Positions 27,401 through 42,400 of a stretch of DNA of 64,000 nucleotides are shown in pieces. The DNA is from Lytechinus pictus (Eukaryota): assembly GCF_037042905.1 (NCBI RefSeq), contig NC_087252.1, positions 12,710,001 through 12,774,000 of the forward strand. The letters are read 5' to 3'. A program made the position numbers and the translations under genes. Each line of letters starts with the position of its first letter. Position 1 is the first letter of the stretch. The notes beneath the pieces were generated by a model, which saw only the letters and a program-made list of their open reading frames with translations, made no database searches and was not told the DNA's origin.

Positions 27401-30400
27401 TTTACTGCGTCTAGACGCAGCACTTTCACCCATCATCTCCTTGTAGCCAATACTTTAACTCACACTTTCAATCCACAAGTCTACATCCAGATTTCTCAGG
27501 CAATTTTCCCAATCCATACTTGTAGCCAACATATCTAATCCACACTTTGATTCCATCTTATCCACTCGCATTGCTTACCAACATCCAACAATGCACATGC
27601 ACACTACCCGTCTTCATCTCACCTCAACCCATATCTCATTATTAACCAAATCTTTCAACCCACATAATGTATGTAATCCACTTTACCGACCCACACTATC
27701 AATCTACCTTTCCTATTACACATTAAACCTTAATCATCCCTTCTTACCCACCGATACTTCAAACCCACATCTCCTATCCATGCCACAAACCTTCATCCCC
27801 GCCCAAACCTATGATCCACATCTCCTATCCACAGCTTAAACCTTCATCTCCGCCACTTTCATAACCAACTTTACACACCTACACTTGTAATCCACATCTC
27901 TTGACTACACCTCAAACCTTCATCTTCGCCCGCACTTTTGACCAATCTTACCAACCCACACTTATAATCCACATTTCCTATCCACACCTAAAACCATTAT
28001 ATCTCACTCACACTCATAACCAACCGTACCTTCCTACACTTCTAATCTACACCTATTAACTACACCTCAACCCTTCATAGCTACCCATATCTATACCCCC
28101 TTTATCCACCCACACTTCTAATGAAAACCCCTGTCATGACCATATTTCAGACGTTCATATCCACCCACACTTATAACCCACCTTTCCCACCCACACTCCT
28201 CATCCATATTTCCTATCCTCCTATCCACACCTCAAAGCTTCATCCCCCTACGCCTGTAAGTCACCTTTCGCAATCACACTTTAATCTATCTTACCTACCC
28301 ACACCTCAAAACTTCATCTTCACCCATTCTAATAACCCACTTTACCAACCCACACTTCTAATCCAAATCTCCTATCGACACTTCAAAATTTAATCTCCAC
28401 CCACACATCTAACCCTTTTTACCCACCAACATTTCTAATCCACATCTTGTATCTACAGCCTAAACCTTCAACTCCTACCACACCCATAACCAACTTTACC
28501 AACCTACAATTCTCATTCACACCTCTTAACTACACTTCAACACATCATCTCTACCCACTTTACCCACCCATACTTCTAATCTACATGTCCCTATTCTATC
28601 CACACATCAAAGCCTCATCCCCACCCGTACCTGTAAGCCACCTTACGCAATCACACTTTTACAATACCTACCCACACCTAAAAACTTAATCCTCACCCAC
28701 ACTTGTAACCCACTTTACCCACCCATTTTTAATCCACAGCTTAAACACTCACCTCCTACCATATTTATAATACCCGCCCATCCACACTTCTAATCCACAT
28801 CTCCTACCCATACCTCAAACCTTCATATTAACCCACTCTTATAATGATAATAATAACAATATAGGTATATGAACCCAGGGAAGCCACTTCAGTTCCAAAA
28901 ACTGTTCTCCCAGTGGGCCCTGCTATAATTATTACCCAGGCTTTAGCTTGGCTGCCTAGGCGCTCAAAGCATTCAATTAATTTCTTCCTACCAGGTACCC
29001 ATTCACCTCACCTGGGTCCAGTGCAGCACAGTGTGGATAAATTTCTTGCTGAAGGAAATTACACCATGGCTGGGATATGGGATATAACCAACTTAACCCC
29101 CACACTTGTAATCCACGTCTCCTACCAACATTTTTTTTGGTTTAGAGATATAAATTTACAACTTCAAAAGATAAATGAGTGGATGTCAGTCAATTATTTA
29201 CATGCAATTGTGAATACTTCAAAAACGAATTATATGTTGCTTGGCATATGCAAGCATCAAACTGATAACTTGAAATTACACTATAATAATTTCGAAATTC
29301 CTCAACTTCACAATGTAAGATTATGAAGCGTTTATATGGATGACCATTTGTCTTGGAACTTGGAACCAAAAAGATTGGGATAATAGCTAAACTTCAACGG
29401 ATACTCCAGGCTGAAAAAAAAAATATTTGAACAGGTAGAGAAAAATCAGACAATCAATAAATACAATTTCCGTGGATTTGTATTTTCAATGTGTATTACA
29501 TATGCTTGTATTTTTTGTTTTATGTTATACAGAGTCCCAAAGTACAGCCCCCCCCCCACTTTTTTTTTCCAAAACTGTGTACAAAAACGTAAATACTAAT
29601 CTTAACTGACACTGCAAGCACGGAGCGCGAGCGAAATATTCATTTTTGAATAATGACCTAATCATGTTCTACTTGCAATTATTCCCTTCTTATTTCATTC
29701 ACGTTTCTTCCTCCTCTTATCCTTCTTCTTCTTTTTGTTTTACTCCTTTCCTTCCTTTGTCTGGTACATGTACATGCCCGGGGGTGTCCGGGGGTTGATG
29801 TCCGGGGGTAAATGACCGGGGGTAGATGTCCGGGGGTAGATGACGGGGGGTGGACGTCTTGGGGTAGATGTCCGGGGGGTAAATGTCCGGGGGTAAATGT
29901 CCGGGGGGTAAATGACCGGGGGGTAGATGTATGGGTGTAGACGACGGGGATGGACGTCCAGGGGGTAGATGTCCTATAGAATCCTTTAAGAGTGATGTGC
30001 GTCATTCTCATGAATGAATTTCTTTTTTAATATGTCACTATTTACCATGTCTAATATATTTTGCACTAAGGCCTGCATTACACAGAATAAAATCCTTGAT
30101 TTGAAAACAAAATTGAACCTGAATAAAAACAATCGTCATAATCTGTAGTGCTCGAATAATAGAGTACGTGTAATTGCTATCATAACCTTGTATGGATATG
30201 CAATATGCAAAACCCTCAACTTGCAGGACAAATTATAGAAAATGTGCCATGTAACAGTAATAATTTCCTGAACATGTGTATTCACAAACGAATGGAATTA
30301 ATGAATAAATGAGATGAACAGTTTTTAAAAACACCTAACTAAAAGGCAGACACTTTTAGTCCTGCAGACAGGACACTTACCGAACCTGATAGCAAAAAGG

Positions 30401-33400
30401 CAACTGGATGACTTGTTTGCTGGTCGAATGATTGAGATGGATCTGAGGGTGTGATTCAACTTGTATTCACTTTCTCTTCATGAAATTGTTTACGAACGTT
30501 ACCATGTGAACATGCAAAACAAAGACTATGATGTCCGTTGGTGCATTAAACTGTATCCATGTTGATTGCATTCACTGTATACTGGGCGAGATATTAAACA
30601 ATTGATAAATGAGAGCTGCTATCCGAGGGGCGCCTGATAATGACTTTGGTACATTAGAAGGAATTACAAAATAATTAAGTTTTATATATTTAGTTGTTCA
30701 TAGCCTTCCAAAAATTAACTGCATATGAAAAATTAGGCTATGTTTTTTAACTCTGTGAAAGATACATGTGCCATTTACTGCGTCTAGACGCAGCACTTTC
30801 ACCCAACATCTCCTTGTAGCCAATACTTTAACTCACACTTTCAATACACAAGTCTACATCCAGATTTCTCAGGCAATTTTCCCAATCCATACTTGTAGCC
30901 AACATATCTAATCCACACTTTGATTCCACCTTATCCACTCGCATTGCTTACCAACATCCAACAACCCACATGCACGCTTCCCGTCTTCATCTCACCTCAA
31001 CCCATATCTCATTATTAACCAAATCTTTCAACCCACATAATGTATGCAATCCACTTTATCGACCCACACTATCAATCTACCTTTCCTATTACACATTAAA
31101 CCTTCATTATCCCATCTTACCCACCCATACTTCAAACCCACATCTCCTATCCACACCTCAAACCTTCATCCCCGCCCAAACCTATAATCCACATCTCCTA
31201 TCCACAGCTTAAACCTTCATCTCCGCCACTTTTATAACCCACTTTACCCACCCACACTTGTAATCCACATCTCTTGACTCCATCTCAAACCTTCATCTCC
31301 GCCCGCACTTTTGCCAATCTTACCAACCCACACTTATAATCCACATTTCCTATCCACACCTAAAACCATTATATCTCACTCACACTCATAACCAACCGTA
31401 CCTACCCACACTTCTAATCTACACCTATTAACTACACCTCAACCCTTCATAGCTACCCATATCTATACCCCCTTTATCCACCCACACTTCTAATGAAAAC
31501 CCCTGTCATGACCATATTTCAGACGTTCATATCCACCCACACTTATAACCCACCTTTCCCACCCACACTCCTCATCCATATTTCCTATCCTCCTATCCAC
31601 ACCTCAAAGCTTCATCTCCCCACGCCTGTAAGTCACCTTTCGCAATCACACTTTAATCTATCTTACCTACCCACACCTCAAAACTTCATCTTCACCCATT
31701 CTAATAACCCACTTTACCCACCCACACTTCTAATCCAAATCTCCTATCGACACTTCAAAATTTAATCTCCACCCACACATTTACCCTTTTTACCCACCAA
31801 CATTTCTAATCCACATCTTGTATCTACAGCCTAAACCTTCAACTCCTACCACACCCATAACCCACTTTACCAACCTACAATTCTCATTCACACCTCTTAA
31901 CTACACTTCAACACATCATCTCTACCCACTTTACCCACCCATACTTCTAATCTACATGTCCCTATCCTATCCACACATCAAAGCCTCATCCCCACCCGTA
32001 CCTGTAAGCCACCTTACGCAATCACACTTTTACAATACCTACCCACACCTAAAAACTTAATCCTCACCCACACTTGTAACCCACTTTACCCACCCATTTT
32101 TAATCCACAGCTTAAACACTCACTTCCTACCATATTTATAATACCCGCCCATCCACACTTCTAATCCACATCTCCTACCCATACCTCAAACCTTCATATT
32201 AACCCACACTTATAATGATAATAATAACAATATAGGTATATGAACCCAGGGAAGCCATTTCAGTTCCAAAAACTGTTCTCCCAGTGGGCCCTGCTATAAT
32301 TATTACCCAGGCTTTAGCTTGGCTGCCTAGGCGCTCAAAGCATTCAATTAATTTCTTCCTACCAGGTACCCATTCACCTCACCTGGGTCCAGTGCAGCAC
32401 AGTGTGGATAAATTTCTTGCTGAAGGAAATTACACCATGGCTGGGATATGGGATATAACCAACTTAACCCCCACACTTGTAATCCACGTCTCCTACCAAC
32501 ATTTTTTTTGGTTTAGAGATATAAATTTACAACTTCAAAAGATAAATGAGTGGATGTCAGTCAATTATTTACATGCAATTGTGAATACTTCAAAAACGAA
32601 TTATATGTTGCTTGGCATATGCAAGCATCAAACTGATAACTTGAAATTACACTATAATAATTTCGAAATTCCTCAACTTCACAATGTAAGATTATGAAGC
32701 GTTTATATGGATGACCATTTGTCTTGGAACTTGGAACCAAAAAGATTGGGATAATAGCTAAACTTCAACGGATACTCCAGGCTGAAAAAAAAAATATTTG
32801 AACAGGTAGAGAAAAATCAGACAATCAATAAATACAATTTCCGTGGATTTGTATTTTCAATGTGTATTACATATGCTTGTATTTTTTGTTTTATGTTATA
32901 CAGAGTCCCAAAGTACAGCCCCCCCCCCACTTTTTTTTTCCAAAACTGTGTACAAAAACGTAAATACTAATCTTAACTGACACTGCAAGCACGGAGCGCG
33001 AGCGAAATATTCATTTTTGAATAATGACCTAATCATGTTCTACTTGCAATTATTCCCTTCTTATTTCATTCACGTTTCTTCCTCCTCTTATCCTTCTTCT
33101 TCTTTTTGTTTTACTCCTTTCCTTCCTTTGTCTGGTACATGTACATGCCCGGGGGTGTCCGGGGGTTGATGTCCGGGGGTAAATGACCGGGGGTAGATGT
33201 CCGGGGGTAGATGACGGGGGGTGGACGTCTTGGGGTAGATGTCCGGGGGGTAAATGTCCGGGGGTAAATGTCCGGGGGGTAAATGACCGGGGGGTAGATG
33301 TATGGGTGTAGACGACGGGGATGGACGTCCAGGGGGTAGATGTCCTATAGAATCCTTTAAAAGTGATGTGCGTCATTCTCATGAATGAATTTCTTTTTTA

Positions 33401-36400
33401 ATATGTCACTATTTACCATGTCTAATATATTTTGCACTAAGGCCTGCATTACACAGAATAAAATCCTTGATTTGAAAACAAAATTGAACCTGAATAAAAA
33501 CAATCGTCATAATCTGTAGTGCTCGAATAATAGAGTACGTGTAATTGCTATCATAACCTTGTATGGATATGCAATATGCAAAACCCTCAACTTGCAGGAC
33601 AAATTATAGAAAATGTGCCATGTAACAGTAATAATTTCCTGAACATGTGTATTCACAAACGAATGGAATTAATGAATAAATGAGATGAACAGTTTTTAAA
33701 AACACCTAACTAAAAGGCAGACACTTTTAGTCCTGCAGACAGGACACTTACCGAACCTGATAGCAAAAAGGCAACTGGATGACTTGTTTGCTGGTCGAAT
33801 GATTGAGATGGATCTGAGGGTGTGATTCAACTTGTATTCACTTTCTCTTCATGAAATTGTTTACGAACGTTACCATGTGAACATGCAAAACAAAGACTAT
33901 GATGTCCGTTGGTGCATTAAACTGTATCCATGTTGATTGCATTCACTGTATACTGGGCGAGATATTAAACAATTGATAAATGAGAGCTGCTATCCGAGGG
34001 GCGCCTGATAATGACTTTGGTACATTAGAAGGAATTACAAAATAATTAAGTTTTATATATTTAGTTGTTCATAGCCTTCCAAAAATTAACTGCATATGAA
34101 AAATTAGGCTATGTTTTTTAACTCTGTGAAAGATACATGTGCCATTTACTGCGTCTAGACGCAGCACTTTCACCCAACATCTCCTTGTAGCCAATACTTT
34201 AACTCACACTTTCAATACACAAGTCTACATCCAGATTTCTCAGGCAATTTTCCCAATCCATACTTGTAGCCAACATATCTAATCCACACTTTGATTCCAC
34301 CTTATCCACTCGCATTGCTTACCAACATCCAACAACCCACATGCACGCTTCCCGTCTTCATCTCACCTCAACCCATATCTCATTATTAACCAAATCTTTC
34401 AACCCACATAATGTATGCAATCCACTTTATCGACCCACACTATCAATCTACCTTTCCTATTACACATTAAACCTTCATTATCCCATCTTACCCACCCATA
34501 CTTCAAACCCACATCTCCTATCCACACCTCAAACCTTCATCCCCGCCCAAACCTATAATCCACATCTCCTATCCACAGCTTAAACCTTCATCTCCGCCAC
34601 TTTTATAACCCACTTTACCCACCCACACTTGTAATCCACATCTCTTGACTCCATCTCAAACCTTCATCTCCGCCCGCACTTTTGCCAATCTTACCAACCC
34701 ACACTTATAATCCACATTTCCTATCCACACCTAAAACCATTATATCTCACTCACACTCATAACCAACCGTACCTACCCACACTTCTAATCTACACCTATT
34801 AACTACACCTCAACCCTTCATAGCTACCCATATCTATACCCCCTTTATCCACCCACACTTCTAATGAAAACCCCTGTCATGACCATATTTCAGACGTTCA
34901 TATCCACCCACACTTATAACCCACCTTTCCCACCCACACTCCTCATCCATATTTCCTATCCTCCTATCCACACCTCAAAGCTTCATCTCCCCACGCCTGT
35001 AAGTCACCTTTCGCAATCACACTTTAATCTATCTTACCTACCCACACCTCAAAACTTCATCTTCACCCATTCTAATAACCCACTTTACCCACCCACACTT
35101 CTAATCCAAATCTCCTATCGACACTTCAAAATTTAATCTCCACCCACACATTTACCCTTTTTACCCACCAACATTTCTAATCCACATCTTGTATCTACAG
35201 CCTAAACCTTCAACTCCTACCACACCCATAACCCACTTTACCAACCTACAATTCTCATTCACACCTCTTAACTACACTTCAACACATCATCTCTACCCAC
35301 TTTACCCACCCATACTTCTAATCTACATGTCCCTATTCTATCCACACATCAAAGCCTCATCCCCACCCGTACCTGTAAGCCACCTTACGCAATCACACTT
35401 TTACAATACCTACCCACACCTAAAAACTTAATCCTCACCCACACTTGTAACCCACTTTACCCACCCATTTTTAATCCACAGCTTAAACACTCACTTCCTA
35501 CCATATGTATAATACCCGCCCATCCACACTTCTAATCCACATCTCCTACCCATACCTCAAACCTTCATATTAACCCACACTTATAATGATAATAATAACA
35601 ATATAGGTATATGAACCCAGGGAAGCCATTTCAGTTCCAAAAACTGTTCTCCCAGTGGGCCCTGCTATAATTATTACCCAGGCTTTAGCTTGGCTGCCTA
35701 GGCGCTCAAAGCATTCAATTAATTTCTTCCTACCAGGTACCCATTCACCTCACCTGGGTCCAGTGCAGCACAGTGTGGATAAATTTCTTGCTGAAGGAAA
35801 TTACACCATGGCTGGGATATGGGATATAACCAACTTAACCCCCACACTTGTAATCCACGTCTCCTACCAACATTTTTTTTGGTTTAGAGATATAAATTTA
35901 CAACTTCAAAAGATAAATGAGTGGATGTCAGTCAATTATTTACATGCAATTGTGAATACTTCAAAACGAATTATATGTTGCTTGGCATATGCAAGCATCA
36001 AACTGATAACTTGAAATTACACTATAATAATTTCGAAATTCCTCAACTTCACAATGTAAGATTATGAAGCGTTTATATGGATGACCATTTGTCTTGGAAC
36101 TTGGAACCAAAAAGATTGGGATAATAGCTAAACTTCAACGGATACTCCAGGCTGAAAAAAAAAATATTTGAACAGGTAGAGAAAAATCAGACAATCAATA
36201 AATACAATTTCCGTGGATTTGTATTTTCAATGTGTATTACATATGCTTGTATTTTTTGTTTTATGTTATACAGAGTCCCAAAGTACAGCCCCCCCCCCCC
36301 CACTTTTTTTTTCCAAAACTGTGTACAAAAACGTAAATACTAATCTTAACTGACACTGCAAGCACGGAGCGCGAGCGAAATATTCATTTTTGAATAATGA

Positions 36401-39400
36401 CCTAATCATGTTCTACTTGCAATTATTCCCTTCTTATTTCATTCACGTTTCTTCCTCCTCTTATCCTTCTTCTTCTTTTTGTTTTACTCCTTTCCTTCCT
36501 TTGTCTGGTACATGTACATGCCCGGGGGTGTCCGGGGGTTGATGTCCGGGGGTAAATGACCGGGGGTAGATGTCCGGGGGTAGATGACGGGGGTGGACGT
36601 CTTGGGGTAGATGTCCGGGGGGTAAATGTCCGGGGGTAAATGTCCGGGGGGTAAATGACCGGGGGGTAGATGTATGGGTGTAGACGACGGGGATGGACGT
36701 CCAGGGGGTAGATGTCCTATAGAATCCTTTAAGAGTGATGTGCGTCATTCTCATGAATGAATTTCTTTTTTAATATGTCACTATTTACCATGTCTAATAT
36801 ATTTTGCACTAAGGCCTGCATTACACAGAATAAAATCCTTGATTTGAAAACAAAATTGAACCTGAATAAAAACAATCGTCATAATCTGTAGTGCTCGAAT
36901 AATAGAGTACGTGTAATTGCTATCATAACCTTGTATGGATATGCAATATGCAAAACCCTCAACTTGCAGGACAAATTATAGAAAATGTGCCATGTAACAG
37001 TAATAATTTCCTGAACATGTGTATTCACAAACGAATGGAATTAATGAATAAATGAGATGAACAGTTTTTAAAAACACCTAACTAAAAGGCAGACACTTTT
37101 AGTCCTGCAGACAGGACACTTACCGAACCTGATAGCAAAAAGGCAACTGGATGACTTGTTTGCTGGTCGAATGATTGAGATGGATCTGAGGGTGTGATTC
37201 AACTTGTATTCACTTTCTCTTCATGAAATTGTTTACGAACGTTACCATGTGAACATGCAAAACAAAGACTATGATGTCCGTTGGTGCATTAAACTGTATC
37301 CATGTTGATTGCATTCACTGTATACTGGGCGAGATATTAAACAATTGATAAATGAGAGCTGCTATCCGAGGGGCGCCTGATAATGACTTTGGTACATTAG
37401 AAGGAATTACAAAATAATTAAGTTTTATATATTTAGTTGTTCATAGCCTTCCAAAAATTAACTGCATATGAAAAATTAGGCTATGTTTTTTAACTCTGTG
37501 AAAGATACATGTGCCATTTACTGCGTCTAGACGCAGCACTTTCACCCAACATCTCCTTGTAGCCAATACTTTAACTCACACTTTCAATACACAAGTCTAC
37601 ATCCAGATTTCTCAGGCAATTTTCCCAATCCATACTTGTAGCCAACATATCTAATCCACACTTTGATTCCACCTTATCCACTCGCATTGCTTACCAACAT
37701 CCAACAACCCACATGCACGCTTCCCGTCTTCATCTCACCTCAACCCATATCTCATTATTAACCAAATCTTTCAACCCACATAATGTATGCAATCCACTTT
37801 ATCGACCCACACTATCAATCTACCTTTCCTATTACACATTAAACCTTCATTATCCCATCTTACCCACCCATACTTCAAACCCACATCTCCTATCCACACC
37901 TCAAACCTTCATCCCCGCCCAAACCTATAATCCACATCTCCTATCCACAGCTTAAACCTTCATCTCCGCCACTTTTATAACCCACTTTACCCACCCACAC
38001 TTGTAATCCACATCTCTTGACTCCATCTCAAACCTTCATCTCCGCCCGCACTTTTGCCAATCTTACCAACCCACACTTATAATCCACATTTCCTATCCAC
38101 ACCTAAAACCATTATATCTCACTCACACTCATAACCAACCGTACCTACCCACACTTCTAATCTACACCTATTAACTACACCTCAACCCTTCATAGCTACC
38201 AATATCTATACCCCATTTATCCACCCACACTTCTAATGAAAACCCCTGTCATGACCATATTTCAGACGTTCATATCCACCCACACGTATAACCCACCTTT
38301 CCCACCCACACTCCTCATCCATATTTCCTATCCTCCTATCCACACCTCAAAGCTTCATCTCCCCACGCCTGTAAGTCACCTTTCGCAATCACACTTTAAT
38401 CTATCTTACCTACCCACACCTCAAAACTTCATCTTCACCCATTCTAATAACCCACTTTACCCACCCACACTTCTAATCCAAATTTCCTATCGACACTTCA
38501 AAATTTAATCTCCACCCACACATCTAACCCTTTTTACCCACCAACATTTCTAATCCACATCTTGTATATACAGCCTAAACCTTCAACTCCTACCACACCC
38601 ATAACCCACTTTACCAACCTACAATTCTCATTCACACCTCTTAACTACACTTCAACACATCATCTCTACCCACTTTACCCACCCATACTTCTAATCTACA
38701 TGTCCCTATTCTATCCACACATCAAAGCCTCATCCCCACCCGTACCTGTAAGCCACCTTACGCAATCACACTTTTACAATACCTACCCACACCTAAAAAC
38801 TTAATCCTCACCCACACTTGTAACCCACTTTACCCACCCATTTTTAATCCACAGCTTAAACACTCACTTCCTACCATATTTATAATACCCGCCCATCCAC
38901 ACTTCTAATCCACATCTCCTACCCATACCTCAAACCTTCATATTAACCCACACTTATAATGATAATAATAACAATATAGGTATATGAACCCAGGGAAGCC
39001 ATTTCAGTTCCAAAAACTGTTCTCCCAGTGGGCCCTGCTATAATTATTACCCAGGCTTTAGCTTGGCTGCCTAGGCGCTCAAAGCATTCAATTAATTTCT
39101 TCCTACCAGGTACCCATTCACCTCACCTCGGTCCAGTGCAGCACAGTGTGGATAAATTTCTTGCTGAAGGAAATTACACCATGGCTGGGATATGGGATAT
39201 AACCAACTTAACCCCCACACTTGTAATCCACGTCTCCTACCAACATTTTTTTTGGTTTAGAGATATAAATTTACAACTTCAAAAGATAAATGAGTGGATG
39301 TCAGTCAATTATTTACATGCAATTGTGAATACTTCAAAAACGAATTATATGTTGCTTGGCATATGCAAGCATCAAACTGATAACTTGAAATTACACTATA

Positions 39401-42400
39401 ATAATTTCGAAATTCCTCAACTTCACAATGTAAGATTTTGAAGCGTTTATATGGATGACCATTTGTCTTGGAACTTGGAACCAAAAAGATTGGGATAATA
39501 GCTAAACTTCAACGGATACTCCAGGCTGAAAAAAACAATATTTGAACAGGTAGAGAAAAATCAGACAATCAATAGATACAATTTCCGTGGATTTGTATTT
39601 TCAATGTGTATTACATATGCTTGTATTTTTTGTTTTATGTTATACAGAGTCCCAAAGTACAGCCCCCCCCCCCCCCCACTTTTTTTTCCAAAAATGTGTA
39701 CAAAAACGTAAATACTAATCTTAACTGACACTGCAAGCACGGAGCGCGAGCGAAATATTCATTTTTGAATAATGACCTAATCATGTTCTCCTTGAAATTA
39801 TTCCCTTCTTATTTCATTCACGTTTCTTCCTCCTCTTATCCTTCTTCTTCTTTTTGTTTTACTCCTTTCCTTCCTTTGTCTGGTACATGTACATGCCCGG
39901 GGGTGTCCGGGGGTTGATGTCCGGGGGTAAATGACCGGGGGTAGATGTCCGGGGGTAGATGACGGGGGGTGTACGTCTTGGGGTAGATGTCCGGGGGGTA
40001 AATGTCCGGGGGTAAATGTCCGGGGGGTAAATGACCGGGGGGTAGATGTATGGGTGTAGACGACGGGGATGGACGTCCAGGGGGTAGATGTCCTATAGAA
40101 TCCTTTAAGAGTGATGTGCGTCATTCTCATGAATGAATTTCTTTTTTAATATGTCACTATTTACCATGTCTAATATATTTTGCACTAAGGCCTGCATTAC
40201 ACAGAATAAAATCCTTGATTTGAAAACAAAATTGAACCTGAATAAAAACAATCGTCATAATCTGTAGTGCTCGAATAATAGAGTACGTGTAATTGCTATC
40301 ATAACCTTGTATGGATATGCAATATGCAAAACCCTCAACTTGCAGGACAAATTATAGAAAATGTGCCATGTAACAGTAATAATTTCCTGAACATGTGTAT
40401 TCACAAACGAATGGAATTAATGAATAAATGAGATGAACAGTTTTTAAAAACACCTAACTAAAAGGCAGACACTTTTAGTCCTGCAGACAGGACACTTACC
40501 GAACCTGATAGCAAAAAGGCAACTGGATGACTTGTTTGCTGGTCGAATGATTGAGATGGATCTGAGGGTGTGATTCAACTTGTATTCACTTTCTCTTCAT
40601 GAAATTGTTTACGAACGTTACCATGTGAACATGCAAAACAAAGACTATGATGTCCGTTGGTGCATTAAACTGTATCCATGTTGATTGCATTCACTGCATA
40701 CTGGGCGAGATATTAAACAATTGATAAATGAGAGCTGCTATCCGAGGGGCGCCTGATAATGACTTTGGTACATTAGAAGGAATTACAAAATAATTAAGTT
40801 TTATATATTTAGTTGTTCATAGCCTTCCAAAAATTAACTGCATATGAAAAATTAGGCTATGTTTTTTAACTCTGTGAAAGATACATGTGCCATTTACTGC
40901 GTCTAGACGCAGCACTTTCACCCAACATCTCCTTGTAGCCAATACTTTAACTCACACTTTCAATCCACAAGTCTACATCCAGATTTCTCAGGCAATTTTC
41001 CCAATCCATACTTGTAGCCAACATATCTAATCCACACTTTGATTCCACCTTATCCACTCGCATTGCTTACCAACATCCAACAACCCACATGCACGCTTCC
41101 CGTCTTCATCTCACCTCAACCCATATCTCATTATTAACCAAATCTTTCAACCCACATAATGTATGCAATCCACTTTATCGACCCACACTATCAATCTACC
41201 TTTCCTATTACACATTAAACCTTCATTATCCCATCTTACCCACCCATACTTCAAACCCACATCTCCTATCCACACCTCAAACCTTCATCCCCGCCCAAAC
41301 CTATAATCCACATCTCCTATCCACAGCTTAAACCTTCATCTCCGCCACTTTTATAACCCACTTTACCCACCCACACTTGTAATCCACATCTCTTGACTCC
41401 ATCTCAAATCTTCATCTCCGCCCGCACTTTTGCCAATCTTACCAACCCACACTTATAATCCACATTTCCTATCCACACCTAAAACCATTATATCTCACTC
41501 ACACTCATAACCAACCGTACCTTCCTACACTTCTAATCTACACCTATTAACTACACCTCAACCCTTCATAGCTACCCATATCTATACCCCCTTTATCCAC
41601 CCACACTTCTAATGAAAACCCCTGTCATGACCATATTTCAGACGTTCATATCCACCCACACTTATAACCCACCTTTCCCACCCACACTCCTCATCCATAT
41701 TTCCTATCCTCCTATCCACACCTCAAAGCTTCATCCCCCTACGCCTGTAAGTCACCTTTCGCAATCACACTTTAATCTATCTTACCTACCCACACCTCAA
41801 AACTTCATCTTCACCCATTCTAATAACCCACTTTACCCACCCACACTTCTAATCCAAATCTCCTATCGACACTTCAAAATTTAATCTCCACCCACACATC
41901 TAACCCTTTTTACCCACCAACATTTCTAATCCACATCTTGTATCTACAGCCTAAACCTTCAACTCCTACCACACCCATAACCCACTTTACCAACCTACAA
42001 TTCTCATTCACACCTCTTAACTACACTTCAACACATCATCTCTACCCACTTTACCCACCCATACTTCTAATCTACATGTCCCTATTCTATCCACACATCA
42101 AAGCCTCATCCCCACCCGTACCTGTAAGCCACCTTACGCAATCACACTTTTACAATACCTACCCACACCTAAAAACTTAATCCTCACCCACACTTGTAAC
42201 CCACTTTACCCACCCATTTTTAATCCACAGCTTAAACACTCACTTCCTACCATATTTATAATACCCGCCCATCCACACTTCTAATCCACATCTCCTACCC
42301 ATACCTCAAACCTTCATATTAACCCACACTTATAATGATAATAATAACAATATAGGTATATGAACCCAGGGAAGCCATTTCAGTTCCAAAAACTGTTCTC